NCBI GenBank assembly: GCA_036495965.1 | Contig: DASXMA010000340.1 | Coordinates: 6,465 to 70,464 of the forward strand | Direction: 5' to 3' | Source: Mycobacterium sp. | GTDB taxonomy: Bacteria > Actinomycetota > Actinomycetes > Mycobacteriales > Mycobacteriaceae | DNA: 64,000 bases | Shown here: positions 27,131 to 43,300 of the stretch, one piece after another | Position numbering within the stretch: position 1 is the stretch's first letter | Layout: each line of letters opens with the position of its first letter | The notes under the pieces: model-generated | What the model was told of the DNA's origin: nothing | Databases searched by the model: none | The model's input: the letters and a program-made list of their open reading frames with translations, nothing else | Program-made: the position numbers and the translations under genes

Positions 27131-27735
27131 CACAGCCTCTGGACCAAGTGCGCGCGCACCTGCGCGGCTACTTCGCCGACGCGGGGGTTGAGTCCGAGCC
27201 CGACTCCGCGAGCGTGACATTCCTGGGCACCGAAACTATCGAGGTGCTGCGATTCCGTTCCGGCACAGACGGGTTGGTGCATTACGTGTCGCTGGGCTGC
27301 TCGCGCCATCCGATGGGCGATCCGGCCGAAATTCTCGTCGACCAGTTGCGCGGCCCACGTGCCGAAGTTGTGCTGCGCCTGCGAGATCCCGGGCCGGTCA
27401 CCGGCATAGCCCGCAGCCTGGCCGTACTGGCGGCCGCGCCGGCTGTCGACGGTGTGGTGCTGGCCGCCGACGCACTGATCGACCTCGGCTCGCCACTTTG
27501 GGTGCGGCCATCGGGGAGGGCGCCATTCACGGCGGTGTTGTTGGGCCGCAGCGACATTCCGGATTTGCAGCTGGAGCCGCCGCGCGACCCGGTGAACTTT
27601 TTGTCGGCGACCCCCATCACCGCGACCGAAGCGGCCTGGGTGCGACTCAAAGGCGCCGAGGCCATGCGGCAGGCATGGCAGAACGACGGCGTGGACGTGC
27701 TGGATCCGAATCGCCGAGCAGCACAACCCAACTGA
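27127..27735 (+). CDS. Suppressor-of-fused (SUFU) domain protein
   Basis: [30 protein letters not shown] pattern typical of bacterial SUFU-like proteins; GTGA overlap with sugC. Confidence 0.75.
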   Translation: MTQPLDQVRAHLRGYFADAGVESEPDSASVTFLGTETIEVLRFRSGTDGLVHYVSLGCSRHPMGDPAEILVDQLRGPRAEVVLRLRDPGPVTGIARSLAVLAAAPAVDGVVLAADALIDLGSPLWVRPSGRAPFTAVLLGRSDIPDLQLEPPRDPVNFLSATPITATEAAWVRLKGAEAMRQAWQNDGVDVLDPNRRAAQPN

Positions 27736-27742
27736 CGCAGTA

Positions 27743-28894
27743 CTAGAGCCAGTTCCGCTTTCGGAATTGGAAGTACAACACCAGGCAGGCAATGGTCATC
27801 ACGGCGAGCACCGTGGGGTAAGCCCAGTGGATTTGCAACTCGGGCATGAACTGGAAATTCATGCCGTAGATGCCGGCGATCATCGTCGGCACCGCGACGA
27901 TACCGGCCCAGGCCGATATCTTGCGCATATCGGAGTTCTGCTGCATCCCGACCCGGGCCAGCGCGGCCTGCACCAGCGAGTTGAGCATCTCGTCGTAGCT
28001 GGCGATCTGGTCGGCCGCCTCGCTCTGGTGGTCGGCGACGTCGCGCAGGTAGCGGCGCACTTCTTTGGTGATCAGGTCCTTGCTCTCGGTCTGCATTCGC
28101 TGAAACGCGGCCGACAGCGGGCTCACACACCGGCGTAGTTCGACGACCTCGCGTTTGAGCAGGTAGATCGGTTCGACGTCGAGCGTGCGGCCGGGGGAAA
28201 AGGCCAAACCCTCGATGCTGTCGATGTCGGACTCCATCAGATTGGTCACATCGAGGTAGTGGTCCACCACGTGGTCGGCGATGGCGTGCATCACCGCGTA
28301 CGGGCCCAGCCGCAGCTGCGCGGGGTTGGCATCCATCCGCTTGCGCACTTCCTGCAATCCGCCGTGCTCACCGTGGCGGACCGTGACCACGAAATTTTTG
28401 CCGACGAAGATCATCACCTCGCCGGTTTCGACGATCTCGCGAGCCAGCACCACCGATTCGTGCGGCACGTAATTGACCGTCTTCAAGACAAGAAACAGCG
28501 TGTCGTCGTAGCGCTCCAGTTTGGGTCGCTGATGCGCGTGCACTGCGTCCTCGACCGCCAACGGGTGCAATCCGAAAACGTCCGCCACGTCCTGCATCTG
28601 GCTCTCGTCCGGCTCGTGCAACCCCACCCAGACGAACGCCTGTTGCCGCTCTTGCTCCTCTAGCCCCTCTTGCCCGTCTTGCGCTGCTTGTTCTGTCAGT
28701 TCGATCTCGTGCACCTTTGTGCAGGCGTCCGCGTAGGTGAACTTGCCGGGCAGCCGCTCGCCGTCGACATAGACACCGCAGTCGACCAAAGCCTCGTCAG
28801 GCGGGTGGGGAACGGGATGAACATGTGGCTGGTAATCCCGCGGCTTCGCGATTGGTCTCAGCGCTTCTGGCATTGCGTCGAATCCCTGGAACAC
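27743..28894 (-). CDS. corA: Magnesium/cobalt transporter CorA
   Basis: LHPLAVED, QRPKLE, YGMNF signature, two C-terminal TM helices; GGAGG RBS upstream of GTG. Confidence 0.94.
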   Translation of the reverse strand: MFQGFDAMPEALRPIAKPRDYQPHVHPVPHPPDEALVDCGVYVDGERLPGKFTYADACTKVHEIELTEQAAQDGQEGLEEQERQQAFVWVGLHEPDESQMQDVADVFGLHPLAVEDAVHAHQRPKLERYDDTLFLVLKTVNYVPHESVVLAREIVETGEVMIFVGKNFVVTVRHGEHGGLQEVRKRMDANPAQLRLGPYAVMHAIADHVVDHYLDVTNLMESDIDSIEGLAFSPGRTLDVEPIYLLKREVVELRRCVSPLSAAFQRMQTESKDLITKEVRRYLRDVADHQSEAADQIASYDEMLNSLVQAALARVGMQQNSDMRKISAWAGIVAVPTMIAGIYGMNFQFMPELQIHWAYPTVLAVMTIACLVLYFQFRKRNWL

Positions 28895-29136
28895 CTCAAC
28901 CTCCAATCACATACGCAGGTCTGGGAGAGCGGTGGTCCATGCTACGCGTCCGGGCAGAACCTGGCATGAAAAGTGGCTGGCAGTCGCGGGGACATGACGG
29001 TTGCCCCGCGGTCCCAGGGGATTCGCACTGGTAATGGACCGGAGGTTTTGGACGGGCAGGGGTGCGCTAGTTTCGACCTAGTTTCTGTTTGGACCGAAAC
29101 GTTCACGTCCCGACTTTCTCCGTAGGAGTACCAGAA

Positions 29137-30126
<990 letters not shown>

Positions 30127-30130
30127 GGTC

Positions 30131-30173
30131 CGATCGCAAGCGCGGCGAAACCGGGGCGTTTCGGGTCGCCACC
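30131..30173 (+). repeat. Mycobacterial intergenic repeat-like element
   Basis: CGATCGCAAGCGCGGCG...CGGGTCGCCACC resembles a recalled dispersed mycobacterial intergenic repeat; single copy in this window. Confidence 0.4.
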
Positions 30174-30225
30174 GACAGACCCCGTCGATTACGCCTACTA
30201 ATGGGCAGTCAGTACCCTGGGGCGC

Positions 30226-31416
30226 GTGTCCGAATTGCTTGAATCGATACAGACTCACACCGAGGAGGGCGTCATCACCGACGCGGATATCTTCGAGGCA
30301 CATGTAGGCGGCAAGCTTTCCGTAAGCCTGACGACTCCGCTGGATACTCAGCGCTCGCTGTCGATCGCATACACCCCGGGGGTGGCGCAAGTCAGCCGTG
30401 CGATCGCCACCGATCACACCCTTGCCGCGCACTACACCTGGGCGAGCCGGCTGGTGGCCGTGGTCAGCGACGGCAGCGCGGTACTCGGCCTCGGTGACAT
30501 CGGACCGGCAGCATCGTTGCCGGTGATGGAAGGCAAATGTGGGCTGTTCAAGGAGTTCGCCGGGCTGGACGCGATCCCGATCGTGCTCGGCACCAAGGAC
30601 CCCGACGAGATCATCGAAACCCTGGTGCGCCTGCGTCCGACGTTCGGCGCGGTGAACCTCGAGGACATCTCCGCGCCGCGCTGCTTCGAGATCGAACGTC
30701 GCGCCGTCGAAGCGCTGGATTGCCCAGTGATGCACGACGACCAGCACGGCACGGCAATCGTCGTGCTTGCGGCGCTGATGGGTGCCAGCAAGTTGCTGGG
30801 CCGTGACATGTCGTCGCTGCGGGTAGTGGTCTCGGGCGCCGGGGCCGCGGGCGTTGCTTGCTCGAAACTTCTTCTCGCAATGGGAATTTCGGATATCACG
30901 GTGCTCGACTCGCGCGGCATATTGCATATCGGTCGCGACGATATGAACAGCGTCAAGGCCGATCTGGCGCGAGGCACCAACCCTCGCGGTCTCACCGGCG
31001 GCATGGTGGAGGCGCTGGAGGGGGCTGACGTGTTCCTCGGGCTGTCGGCGGGTGTGGTTCCCGAAGAACTGATCGCCACGATGGCGCCCGGTGGGATCGT
31101 GTTCGCGCTGTCGAATCCAGACCCAGAAATACACCCCGACGTTGCGGCCGAGTACGCGGCGGTGGTGGCGACCGGCCGCAGCGACTTCCCCAACCAGATC
31201 AACAACGTGCTGGCCTTCCCCGGGTTATTCCGCGGCGCGCTGGACGCCGGGGCACGTCGGATCACCGAGAAGATGATGGTGGCCGCGGCCAAGGCGATTT
31301 TCTCCGTGGTCAGCGACGACCTGGCGCCCGATCGTGTCGTCCCGAGCCCGCTGGACCTGCGCGTCGGGGAAGCGGTGGCCGCTGCGGTCGCTGGCGCTGC
31401 AGACAGCCCGGGGTGA
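30226..31416 (+). CDS. NAD(P)-dependent malic enzyme
   Basis: AYTPGVA, PVMEGK, NLEDISAPRCF, HDDQHGT, GAGAAG, SNPDPE, NQINNVL. Confidence 0.93.
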   Translation: MSELLESIQTHTEEGVITDADIFEAHVGGKLSVSLTTPLDTQRSLSIAYTPGVAQVSRAIATDHTLAAHYTWASRLVAVVSDGSAVLGLGDIGPAASLPVMEGKCGLFKEFAGLDAIPIVLGTKDPDEIIETLVRLRPTFGAVNLEDISAPRCFEIERRAVEALDCPVMHDDQHGTAIVVLAALMGASKLLGRDMSSLRVVVSGAGAAGVACSKLLLAMGISDITVLDSRGILHIGRDDMNSVKADLARGTNPRGLTGGMVEALEGADVFLGLSAGVVPEELIATMAPGGIVFALSNPDPEIHPDVAAEYAAVVATGRSDFPNQINNVLAFPGLFRGALDAGARRITEKMMVAAAKAIFSVVSDDLAPDRVVPSPLDLRVGEAVAAAVAGAADSPG

Positions 31417-32282
31417 GAGTCGGCCGGCTGGTAGCGCCGCTGATCGCCGCCGCACTCGCGCTGGCCGGCTGCGCAACCCACACCGAGGACCACCGCCCCT
31501 CGCGCGAGTTGGTGGTCGGATCCGGGCGCGACTCCCAGTCGATGCTGCTGGCCGCCGTTTATGTCGCCGCCCTGCGGTCATACGGTTTCGGGGCGCGAAC
31601 CGAGACCGTCGACGACCCGATGGCGCGACTGGACTCGGGCGCGGTCACCATCGTCCCTGCGTTGACCGGCCAGGTGCTGCAGACCTTGCAGCCCGGCGCA
31701 ATGCCGCTGTCCGACGCCCAGGTCTACCGCGCGATGATCGGGGCGCTGCCCGAGGGCGTCTTAGCAGGCGACTACACCACGGCCGCCGAAGACAAACCAG
31801 TGCCGCTGGTGAGTCAATCCACCGCCAAGGCCTGGGTCGGCACTGACCTGAGCGCGGACCTGAGCGCGCTGTCAAAGCACTGTGACGGGTTGATCGTCGG
31901 AATCGTCGCGGGCCACCGGGCACCCGCGTCAGTCGGCACCTGCCGGCTCACCGTCCCGCGCGAATTCCCGGATGACACAACGATGTTCGCCGCGGTGCGG
32001 GCCGGACAAGTGACCGCGGGGTGGACCACCACCGCCGATCCCGCCATTCCCGGTGACCTTGTTGCGCTAGCCGACGGCAAACCCGCATTGATACAGGCCG
32101 AGAATGTGGTGCCGCTGTATCGCCGCAACGCGCTGACGGACCGGCAACTGCTGGCGATCAACGAAGTGGCCGGTGTGCTGGACACCGCGGCCCTGGCCGA
32201 CATGCGCCGGCAAGTGGCCGGTGGCGCCGACCCGCAGGCGGTGGCCGGCGGGTGGTTGGCGGAACACCCGCTGGGCCGCTGA
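31413..32282 (+). CDS. lpqZ: Glycine betaine-type substrate-binding lipoprotein LpqZ
   Basis: Lipobox LAGC; AENVVPLYR OpuAC-like motif; syntenic position. Confidence 0.8.
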   Translation: MRVGRLVAPLIAAALALAGCATHTEDHRPSRELVVGSGRDSQSMLLAAVYVAALRSYGFGARTETVDDPMARLDSGAVTIVPALTGQVLQTLQPGAMPLSDAQVYRAMIGALPEGVLAGDYTTAAEDKPVPLVSQSTAKAWVGTDLSADLSALSKHCDGLIVGIVAGHRAPASVGTCRLTVPREFPDDTTMFAAVRAGQVTAGWTTTADPAIPGDLVALADGKPALIQAENVVPLYRRNALTDRQLLAINEVAGVLDTAALADMRRQVAGGADPQAVAGGWLAEHPLGR

Positions 32283-32285
32283 GGA

Positions 32286-33116
32286 CTACTGCTTGCGCGG
32301 TAGCCACCGGCCCAATACCGGCCCGAACACCTGCTGATAGTACGGGCCTGCCACCCGCACCATGACGTCCACGACCTTGGCATCGATGCCGACCAGCACC
32401 CGAGCCTTCTTCTTGCGGACCGCGTCCAGGATGACCTGAGCGGCTCGCCGGGGACTGGTCCTGGCCAGCCGCTTGTCGAACAGCTTGGCCAGCTCGTCGC
32501 GGTCAAGCCCCTCGGCGGCGGTGGCGTTGCGCGCGATCCCGGTCTTGATGCCGCCGGGGTGCACAGTGGTCACCGCCACCGGGTGGCGAGCCAGGATCAT
32601 CTCCTGTCGCAGCGCCTCGGTGAAGCCGCGGACGGCGAACTTGGCCGCGTTGTACGCCGCCTGCCCCGGCACCGAGAACAACCCGAACACGCTCGAGACG
32701 TTGATGATGTGGCCGTCCCCGGAGGCGATCACGTACGGAAGAAACGCCTTGGTGCCGTTCACAACGCCCCAATAATCGACGTCCATCACCCGTTCGATGT
32801 CCTTGAACTGGCTGACCTCGATGTCGCCGGTGAAGGCGATGCCGGCGTTGTTGTAGATCTGGTTGACCTTGCCGAAGTGCTCGTTGACCGCGTCGGCGTA
32901 GGCCAGGAAGGCCTCGCGCTCGGTCACGTCGAGCCGGTCGGATTTGACCGGCGCACCGATCGCCTTCAGCTGCTCCTCGGTCTGCGCCAGTCCTTCCAGG
33001 TCGACGTCGCTGATCGCGACCTTGGCGCCCGAGCGGCCCAGCTCGATGGCCAGCGCCTGCCCGATACCCGAACCCGCGCCAGTCACCACCGCGACCTTGC
33101 CGGCGAACCCCCGCAT
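32286..33116 (-). CDS. Short-chain dehydrogenase/reductase (Rv1245c-like)
   Basis: TGAGSGIG, NNAG, YNAAK. Confidence 0.92.
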   Translation of the reverse strand: MRGFAGKVAVVTGAGSGIGQALAIELGRSGAKVAISDVDLEGLAQTEEQLKAIGAPVKSDRLDVTEREAFLAYADAVNEHFGKVNQIYNNAGIAFTGDIEVSQFKDIERVMDVDYWGVVNGTKAFLPYVIASGDGHIINVSSVFGLFSVPGQAAYNAAKFAVRGFTEALRQEMILARHPVAVTTVHPGGIKTGIARNATAAEGLDRDELAKLFDKRLARTSPRRAAQVILDAVRKKKARVLVGIDAKVVDVMVRVAGPYYQQVFGPVLGRWLPRKQ

Positions 33117-33197
33117 GAGCACCCTCCCTCGTGTCGGCTCTCGTTGAGGTTAACCGGTACCAGCGGTCCCCGATACTGGCGGGTGGGATGGTGAACC

Positions 33198-33254
33198 TCA
33201 GGCCCGATTGCGCGGCTCCTTACTCGCGCCGTTCCGGCGCTCGCCGTCGCCGGG

Positions 33255-33257
<3 letters not shown>
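33198..33257 (-). repeat. MIRU-like intergenic repeat unit
   Basis: Minus strand TAGCCCGGCGACGGCGAGCGCCG-GAA-CGGCGCGAGTAAGGAGCCGCGCAATCGGGCCT, starting at the kgd stop codon; homologous to 16811-16869. Confidence 0.65.
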
Positions 33258-36989
<3,732 letters not shown>

Positions 36990-37167
36990 GGCCGCTGTTC
37001 GCCTCAATTCCTCTGTTTTGCAAGCGCATTGCGCGGCGCCTGCGACTTCTTGCGCCCCGGTTGACGGGGTACTTCACACCCGTGGCGCTCCTCGACGTTT
37101 CCGCCTCATAAAGGCTATCGCTTCCCCGGCAATTCGCCAGAGAGACCGTCCAACCGGGGCTTGGCTG

Positions 37168-37983
37168 CTAGCCGGCTTCGTGGATGGTCGGCAGCAGGTG
37201 CAGGGTGGCCGGCCAGCGCGCCGGCGGGATGCCGAATGCCTGGCGGGCGTTGCGGACGATCTTCTTGCCCACTATGCGATTGCCGGCGCCGCCGACCGCG
37301 GCGCCGATGCCGACCGGCAGCATTTTGCCGAACATCAGCGCACCACGTCGCACCGTGTACCGCTTGACGAAATATTTGAGCATCCGCGTGTTGAATCGCG
37401 CCAGCGTCGGCAGCGGCAGCGAGGCCATGCCCTCTGCCAGCCAACCACCGTTGGTGCGCCCAGGTCCGATCAGCTCGCCGATGGCACGCCTACTGTCGTC
37501 TCCGACCAGGACGGAAAGCACCAGAGCGCGGCGCCGTTCGCGGTGGTCGGCCGGGATGCCGTACACCACGGCGTTTGCCAGCACGAAGACTGCGGTGGCC
37601 TCGAGGAAGAACACCGTTTCACCGGCGCCTGCAGACATCGCCGTCAATGTCCCGACTCCGGGGAATGTCGCTGCCGAACCCACCGCAGCACCGCTGGCCG
37701 TCAACGCGGCCAGATAGCGCTTTTCCAGCTTGGCGACGATCTCAGCCGGGCTCGCACCGGGGTCGGCCCGCCGCAGTCGGGCCACATAGGCCTCTGCGGC
37801 CGGGCCCTGGAGCCGCGAGCTACGCTCGATGACCTGCGCCAATGCTCGCGCAGACGCTTTGGGCGGCCGGCCGTCCGCGGCGGGCGGCGAATCCGGCGCA
37901 GACCTACGCTGGGACATGTTCTCGGACCTTTGCTCCGATCTCCTCAAAGTCCAACTCCCTGACCTATTGCGTCGGGCGCACAT
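37168..37983 (-). CDS. Conserved putative membrane protein (Rv1249c-like)
   Basis: Long ORF with ERRRALVL and P.GIGA..G..GNR motifs; GGAGAGG RBS; syntenic position. Confidence 0.8.
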   Translation of the reverse strand: MCARRNRSGSWTLRRSEQRSENMSQRRSAPDSPPAADGRPPKASARALAQVIERSSRLQGPAAEAYVARLRRADPGASPAEIVAKLEKRYLAALTASGAAVGSAATFPGVGTLTAMSAGAGETVFFLEATAVFVLANAVVYGIPADHRERRRALVLSVLVGDDSRRAIGELIGPGRTNGGWLAEGMASLPLPTLARFNTRMLKYFVKRYTVRRGALMFGKMLPVGIGAAVGGAGNRIVGKKIVRNARQAFGIPPARWPATLHLLPTIHEAG

Positions 37984-38294
37984 AATGCCTCTCCTGCGAT
38001 TGGCGTCTCTTTCAGGCTAACGCGCGTTTTGCTGAATACGGGCCCGGCGGGAAAGCTTCCACGTTTTACGCTCTGCATTCGGTCCGCGGCTGTGCGGCTA
38101 ATTGCGCCAACCGGAATAATGCAGGCTGGATACAGGTCGGTGGCGATGCGGGCCGTTTGTCGGCCGCAATACGGACTGAGCCGCGTGCAGGGTGTATCGC
38201 ACCCGCTCACGGGGTACGCCGGTCGATCAGTTCGGGCCAGATGGGTGCGAATAGGACCGGAGAGCATCGTCGGGAGCTGAAGCGAGGTGAGTGC

Positions 38295-40349
38295 ATGACC
38301 ACGGCGACGCCCAGATGGGCCGGGGGAACCCGGCGCGCGGGGCCGGGTCGTACCGACCTCACCAAGCGCTGGAGATTCACCATCCCGCCAAACCCGCCGC
38401 AGTCGACGAACCCCTGGAACGCGCTATGGGCGATGATGATCGGCTTCTTCATGATCATGGTCGACTCGACCATCGTCGCGGTCGCCAACCCGACGATCAT
38501 GGCCGACTTACACACCGGGTACGACACCGTGGTCTGGCTGACCAGCGCCTATCTGCTGGGGTACGCGGTGGTGTTGCTGGTGGCCGGCCGGCTCGGTGAC
38601 CGGTTCGGCACCAAGAACCTCTATCTGGCCGGTCTTGTGGTGTTCACGACAGCTTCGCTGTGGTGTGGGCTGTCAGGCAGTGCGGCCATGCTGATCACCG
38701 CCCGGGTGGTCCAAGGCATCGGTGCCGGGGTGCTCACTCCGCAGACCTTGTCGACGATCACCCGTATCTTCCCGCCGGAGCGGCGCGGTGTTGCGGTCAG
38801 CCTGTGGGGGGCTACCGCCGGCGTCGCCACCCTGGTGGGGCCGTTGGCGGGCGGCGCGCTGGTCGACGGGCTGGGTTGGGAGTGGATTTTTTTCGTCAAT
38901 GTCCCTATCGGCATCATCGGGCTGGGGATGGCGCTATGGCTGGTGCCGGCGTTGCCGACCCAGGCGCACCGATTCGACCTGGTCGGTGTGGCGCTGTCCG
39001 GGGTGGGCATGTTCTTGATCGTCTTCGGGCTGCAACAGGGTCAGGCCGCTCATTGGGAACCATGGATCTGGGCGATGGTCGTCGCCGGCGTCGGCTGCAT
39101 GTCGGTGTTCGTCTACTGGCAGGCCGTCAACGCCCGCGAGCCGCTGATCCCGCTGGACATTTTCAGCGACCGGGACTTCAGCCTCTGCAACGCCGGAGTC
39201 GCCATTATCGCGTTCACGACAACGGCGATGATGCTGCCGCTGATGTTCTACACGCAGGCGGTATGCGGGCTGTCGCCGGCGCGCGCGGCTTTGGTGATCG
39301 CACCGATGGCGGTCGCCAACGGTGTGCTCGCCCCGTTCGTCGGCGTGATCGTCGACCGATACCACCCGCGGCCTGTGCTCGGTTTCGGCTTTTCGATGCT
39401 GGCAATCGGGCTGACATGGCTTTTGTTTGAGATGGCCCCGGATACGCCGATCTGGCGGTTGCTGTTGCCGTTCGGCGTCATTGGTGCCGGGAGCGCGTTT
39501 GTGTGGTCGCCGTTGACCGCCACCGCGACGCGCAACCTGCCTCCACATCTGGCGGGCGCGGGCTCCGCCGTGTACAACTCGATCCGTCAGCTTGGCGCCG
39601 TGCTCGGCAGCGCCGCCATGGCCGCATTTATGACATGGCGGATCAGTGCCGAGATGCCGGCTCAAGGAACCACCGACGGCACTTCCAACGGCGCCATCAC
39701 CTTGCAACTGCCCGAATTCGTACGCGGGCCGTTCGCTGCCGCGATGTCGCAATCGCTGTTGCTGCCTTCGTTCATCGCGTTGTTCGGCATCGTTGCGGCA
39801 CTGTTCTTGGTCGGTTTGGCGCCTTCGACATCGACGGGCAAGCGTCGCGGGCGCACCCGGCGCGGCCACGTGCGCCAGGATGACGACCTCGTCGACGACG
39901 ACTATGACGATGACGACTATGTCGAGTTCATCCTTCGTCGCGAACCGGACATCTGGCCAGCGCCGGGTGCGCCGGCAAGCCCTGCGTACCAACAGGAAAG
40001 CGACACCGAACCGTTGGATGAGCGAGTGCAACACCCGCGCCCGGCACCAGCCGGTGGCTGGCGCAGCGATCCTGTTGATCCGTCGCACAGCCTGCGCGAC
40101 GACCCGACGCCGCGGCCACAACCTATTGGCTTCGCACACAACGGCTCTCATATCGATAACGAGCGGCCCTTCCGTCCTGTCGCCGAGTCTGCCCGACCCA
40201 ACGACCGGCGCGCGCTGCCGCCGCAAAGGCACCTGAACGGCTCCGCGGGTCATCAACTCGGCAGAGGCGAGGCGCCGCGAGGCCGGCGCTACCGTCCCGA
40301 TCCGGACGATCAGCCCACCAGCTACGGTCGGCATTCGTCCGGTCGCTAG
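38295..40349 (+). CDS. DHA2-family MFS efflux transporter (Rv1250-like) with long hydrophilic tail
   Basis: [28 protein letters not shown]; about 14 TM segments. Confidence 0.9.
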   Translation: MTTATPRWAGGTRRAGPGRTDLTKRWRFTIPPNPPQSTNPWNALWAMMIGFFMIMVDSTIVAVANPTIMADLHTGYDTVVWLTSAYLLGYAVVLLVAGRLGDRFGTKNLYLAGLVVFTTASLWCGLSGSAAMLITARVVQGIGAGVLTPQTLSTITRIFPPERRGVAVSLWGATAGVATLVGPLAGGALVDGLGWEWIFFVNVPIGIIGLGMALWLVPALPTQAHRFDLVGVALSGVGMFLIVFGLQQGQAAHWEPWIWAMVVAGVGCMSVFVYWQAVNAREPLIPLDIFSDRDFSLCNAGVAIIAFTTTAMMLPLMFYTQAVCGLSPARAALVIAPMAVANGVLAPFVGVIVDRYHPRPVLGFGFSMLAIGLTWLLFEMAPDTPIWRLLLPFGVIGAGSAFVWSPLTATATRNLPPHLAGAGSAVYNSIRQLGAVLGSAAMAAFMTWRISAEMPAQGTTDGTSNGAITLQLPEFVRGPFAAAMSQSLLLPSFIALFGIVAALFLVGLAPSTSTGKRRGRTRRGHVRQDDDLVDDDYDDDDYVEFILRREPDIWPAPGAPASPAYQQESDTEPLDERVQHPRPAPAGGWRSDPVDPSHSLRDDPTPRPQPIGFAHNGSHIDNERPFRPVAESARPNDRRALPPQRHLNGSAGHQLGRGEAPRGRRYRPDPDDQPTSYGRHSSGR

Positions 40350-40366
40350 GCCCAATCAGCCAGGCG

Positions 40367-43300
40367 TCATCGGTCTCGAATAGGCTCTGTCAGCGCCAGG
40401 AAAGCGCCCAAGTCGATCAGACCGGTGGGCGTGGTGGGTAGGTACTCGGTCAGCAGCTCCGAGCGCACGATCACCGCTGCGTACTGCGCCCGGCTGACGG
40501 CGACGTTGAGCCGATTCCTGTTGAGCAGGAACGAGATCCCACGTGGCACTTCGTCGACAGATGAGGCCGTCATAGACATGAAGACCACCGGCGCCTGCCC
40601 GCCCTGAAATTTGTCAACCGTTCCAACCCTGACTGTTGCCAGACCGGCGGACGTCAACCGCCGGCGCATCAGCGCCACCTGGGCGTTGTACGGTGCCAGC
40701 ACCAGCACATCGGAGGCGGCCAGCGGCCTGGTGCCGTTCTCGTCGGTCCATGCAGCCCCGAGCAGTCGCTGGATCTCGGCGAGGATCGCGTCGGCTTCCT
40801 CCGGGCTTTCGATCGAGTTTCCTTGGTGGCGAACGGGAAGCACATGCACGCCGGGCTGACACCCGACGAGGTGGCGCGCGGCGGTGCGCGTGGCGTGGGA
40901 ATGCAGTCTGCCCTCGTAGGACAGCGCGGAGACGGCGGCGCAGACCGCTGGGTGCATCCGGTACGAGCGGTCCAGGAAGTACCCGCGTTCATCGGGCAGA
41001 GTGCGCTGACCGTCAACCAGCCAATCCAGCGCTGACGTGTCGACTGGCTCCGGATGAGTGCCCTGACTGACTTGCGGCAACTGCTGCGGGTCGCCGAGCA
41101 GCAACAGATTGGCGGCTGCCGGTGCCACCGCGATGGTGTTGGCCAAACAGAACTGTCCCGCCTCGTCGATCACCAGTAGATCCAGGCTGCCGTGGGACAC
41201 CCGATTGGGATTGGCGAAATCCCATGCCGTACCGCCTATCACGCATCCCGAGGTGTTCGCGATGAACGCGGCATATTCGCTGCTGTCGATCTCCTGCCAG
41301 CGCGGAGCGTGGTGGTCGTACCGCTTCTTGGCGACTCGGCTTGGTTCCAGCCCGGCATCGATCACGGCGTCCAACAGGTTCTCCACTGCGGCGTGCGATT
41401 GCGCCACAACACCGATACGCCAGGAACGTCGGGTGACCAAGCGCTTGATCACATGGGCGGCGGTGTACGTCTTGCCGGTCCCCGGCGGCCCATGCACCGC
41501 GAGGTACGACGAGTCCAGGTCTTGCGCCGCCGCGGTGATGTCGGCGACCGTGTCGGTGCTACGCGGAAGCGTAGCGCCGCTGCGGGTTCGGGGTGGGCGA
41601 CGCAGCAGGATGTCGGTCATCGCGGTGTGAGGTAGTTGGGGCAGCCCGGCGGCCACCGCGGCAGCGGTCGATTCGATCGATTCCCGCAGCGCCGTGGTGG
41701 GAACGGGTGGCCCGGGGGTGAGCGCGAAGGGTAGTTGGTGAAATGTGTTGCCGTCGCTGCCTACTCGCTCAACGATGACCACTTCGGTAGGAACTGCGGG
41801 ATCGTCGGCCGCGATAACCTCGGCCCGCCCCGCCGCCCGTCGGTCGGGATTGTCGGTCATGCCCGGGGGAGCCGGGGCGTCATAGAGGGCAAACACGTTC
41901 GTCATCAGGTCGCCACGTGCCAGCTCGCCGCGCAGCTGCACCCGTCGCTGCTGCTTTCGCGCGCGAGGAGGCATATGCCAGTCAATGCTGACCGACGCGT
42001 GATCGGCAACGAAGACGTCGGTGTTGTCCGCCCACTCGTCAACCGGGAAGTTCAGCCGGTCAAAGTGTGCCCACCAGAACGGTTTGTCTTCGCGCCGGTG
42101 GTAGCCGCGCGCCGCAGCCAACAGCGCGACGGCGGTCTGGTCCGCCGTGCGGTCGCCGACGGGGGCATCACCGGCGAACGTCGACAGGGCTACCGCCAGC
42201 TGGTCGTGGTCTTCGACGGCGTTGCCGTCACGAACCGGTTGGGCGCCAATCGGTGTGACGCCGGATTCCCAGGCGCGGACCAGCAGCCAGTTGCGCAGTT
42301 CCTGAGTCGACCGGCAGTCGTAGTGGTTGTAATCCTCGATCTCCTTGAGCACGGTTGCGGCTTCGTCGGCGCGGCCGGTGTCTTGCAGCTCGCAATACCG
42401 GGCGTAGGAGGTGATCGAATCGGCGGCCGTGGTGACATCACCCGAGCGCAGCTGCACCCCCATATAGAGCGGCTCCAGTGCCTTCAAGCCGAACGATTCG
42501 GTACCCACACGAATGCTCTTGCGCACCAACGGGTATAGGTCAACCAATGTCCCGCTGCGCAGCAACTCGTCGACTTCGTCCTCACCCACTCCGTACCGTC
42601 CGGAAAGGCGCAGCAAGGCGGTCTTCTCGTACGGCGCGTAATGGTAGATGTGCATGTTGGGGTGGCGCTTGCGGCGCTTGGCCACCATTGTCAGAAAATC
42701 AGCCAGCGCCTTTCGTTCGTCCACCCGGTTATGTGCCCACAACGGTCGGAAGCTGCCCGCGGGCCCGGCTTCCAAGACGCCGAACAGGTATTCCAGCCCC
42801 CAGTCGCGGCCGTTGGCGGTCCACAGTGGATCACCCTCGAAGTCGAAGAACAGATCACCGGGGTCGGGCGCGGGCAACAAAGCCAGCGGCTGCGGGTCGG
42901 CTATCTCGAACTTTGGCACGCCGGTGTCACGTTGCAGGACTTGCAGTTTGGCCTGGGCGGCCAACTTGCCCAGCGTGCTGGACGCCAGATCGGGTACTGG
43001 CCCGGAGTGCTTGGCCAGGTCGGCGACCGTGGTGATCCCGGCGTCGATGAGCTTGTCCCGCTGGCTTACTCGCATGCCGGCGACCAGCAGTAGATCGTCG
43101 GTGGCCCGCACCTGTTCTTCGCACAACGGACACCGTAAACATGCCCGCACCCCCTCGTCTTCCCAGCGCACCGCGGTGCCCGCGGCGAAGTGGTCGTCGA
43201 GCAGGCGCTGCAAGAGCGCGCGCTGGGATTTGTAGACGGGGATCAGGTCGCAGACGCGATACCGCATGACAGACCCGTCGCCCAGTCGCAGCTCGGCGTC

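Noticed and set aside
28895-29136. Mg2+ (M-box) riboswitch upstream of corA
   Set aside because: No recognisable M-box consensus; the region is adequately explained by divergent corA/mdh promoters
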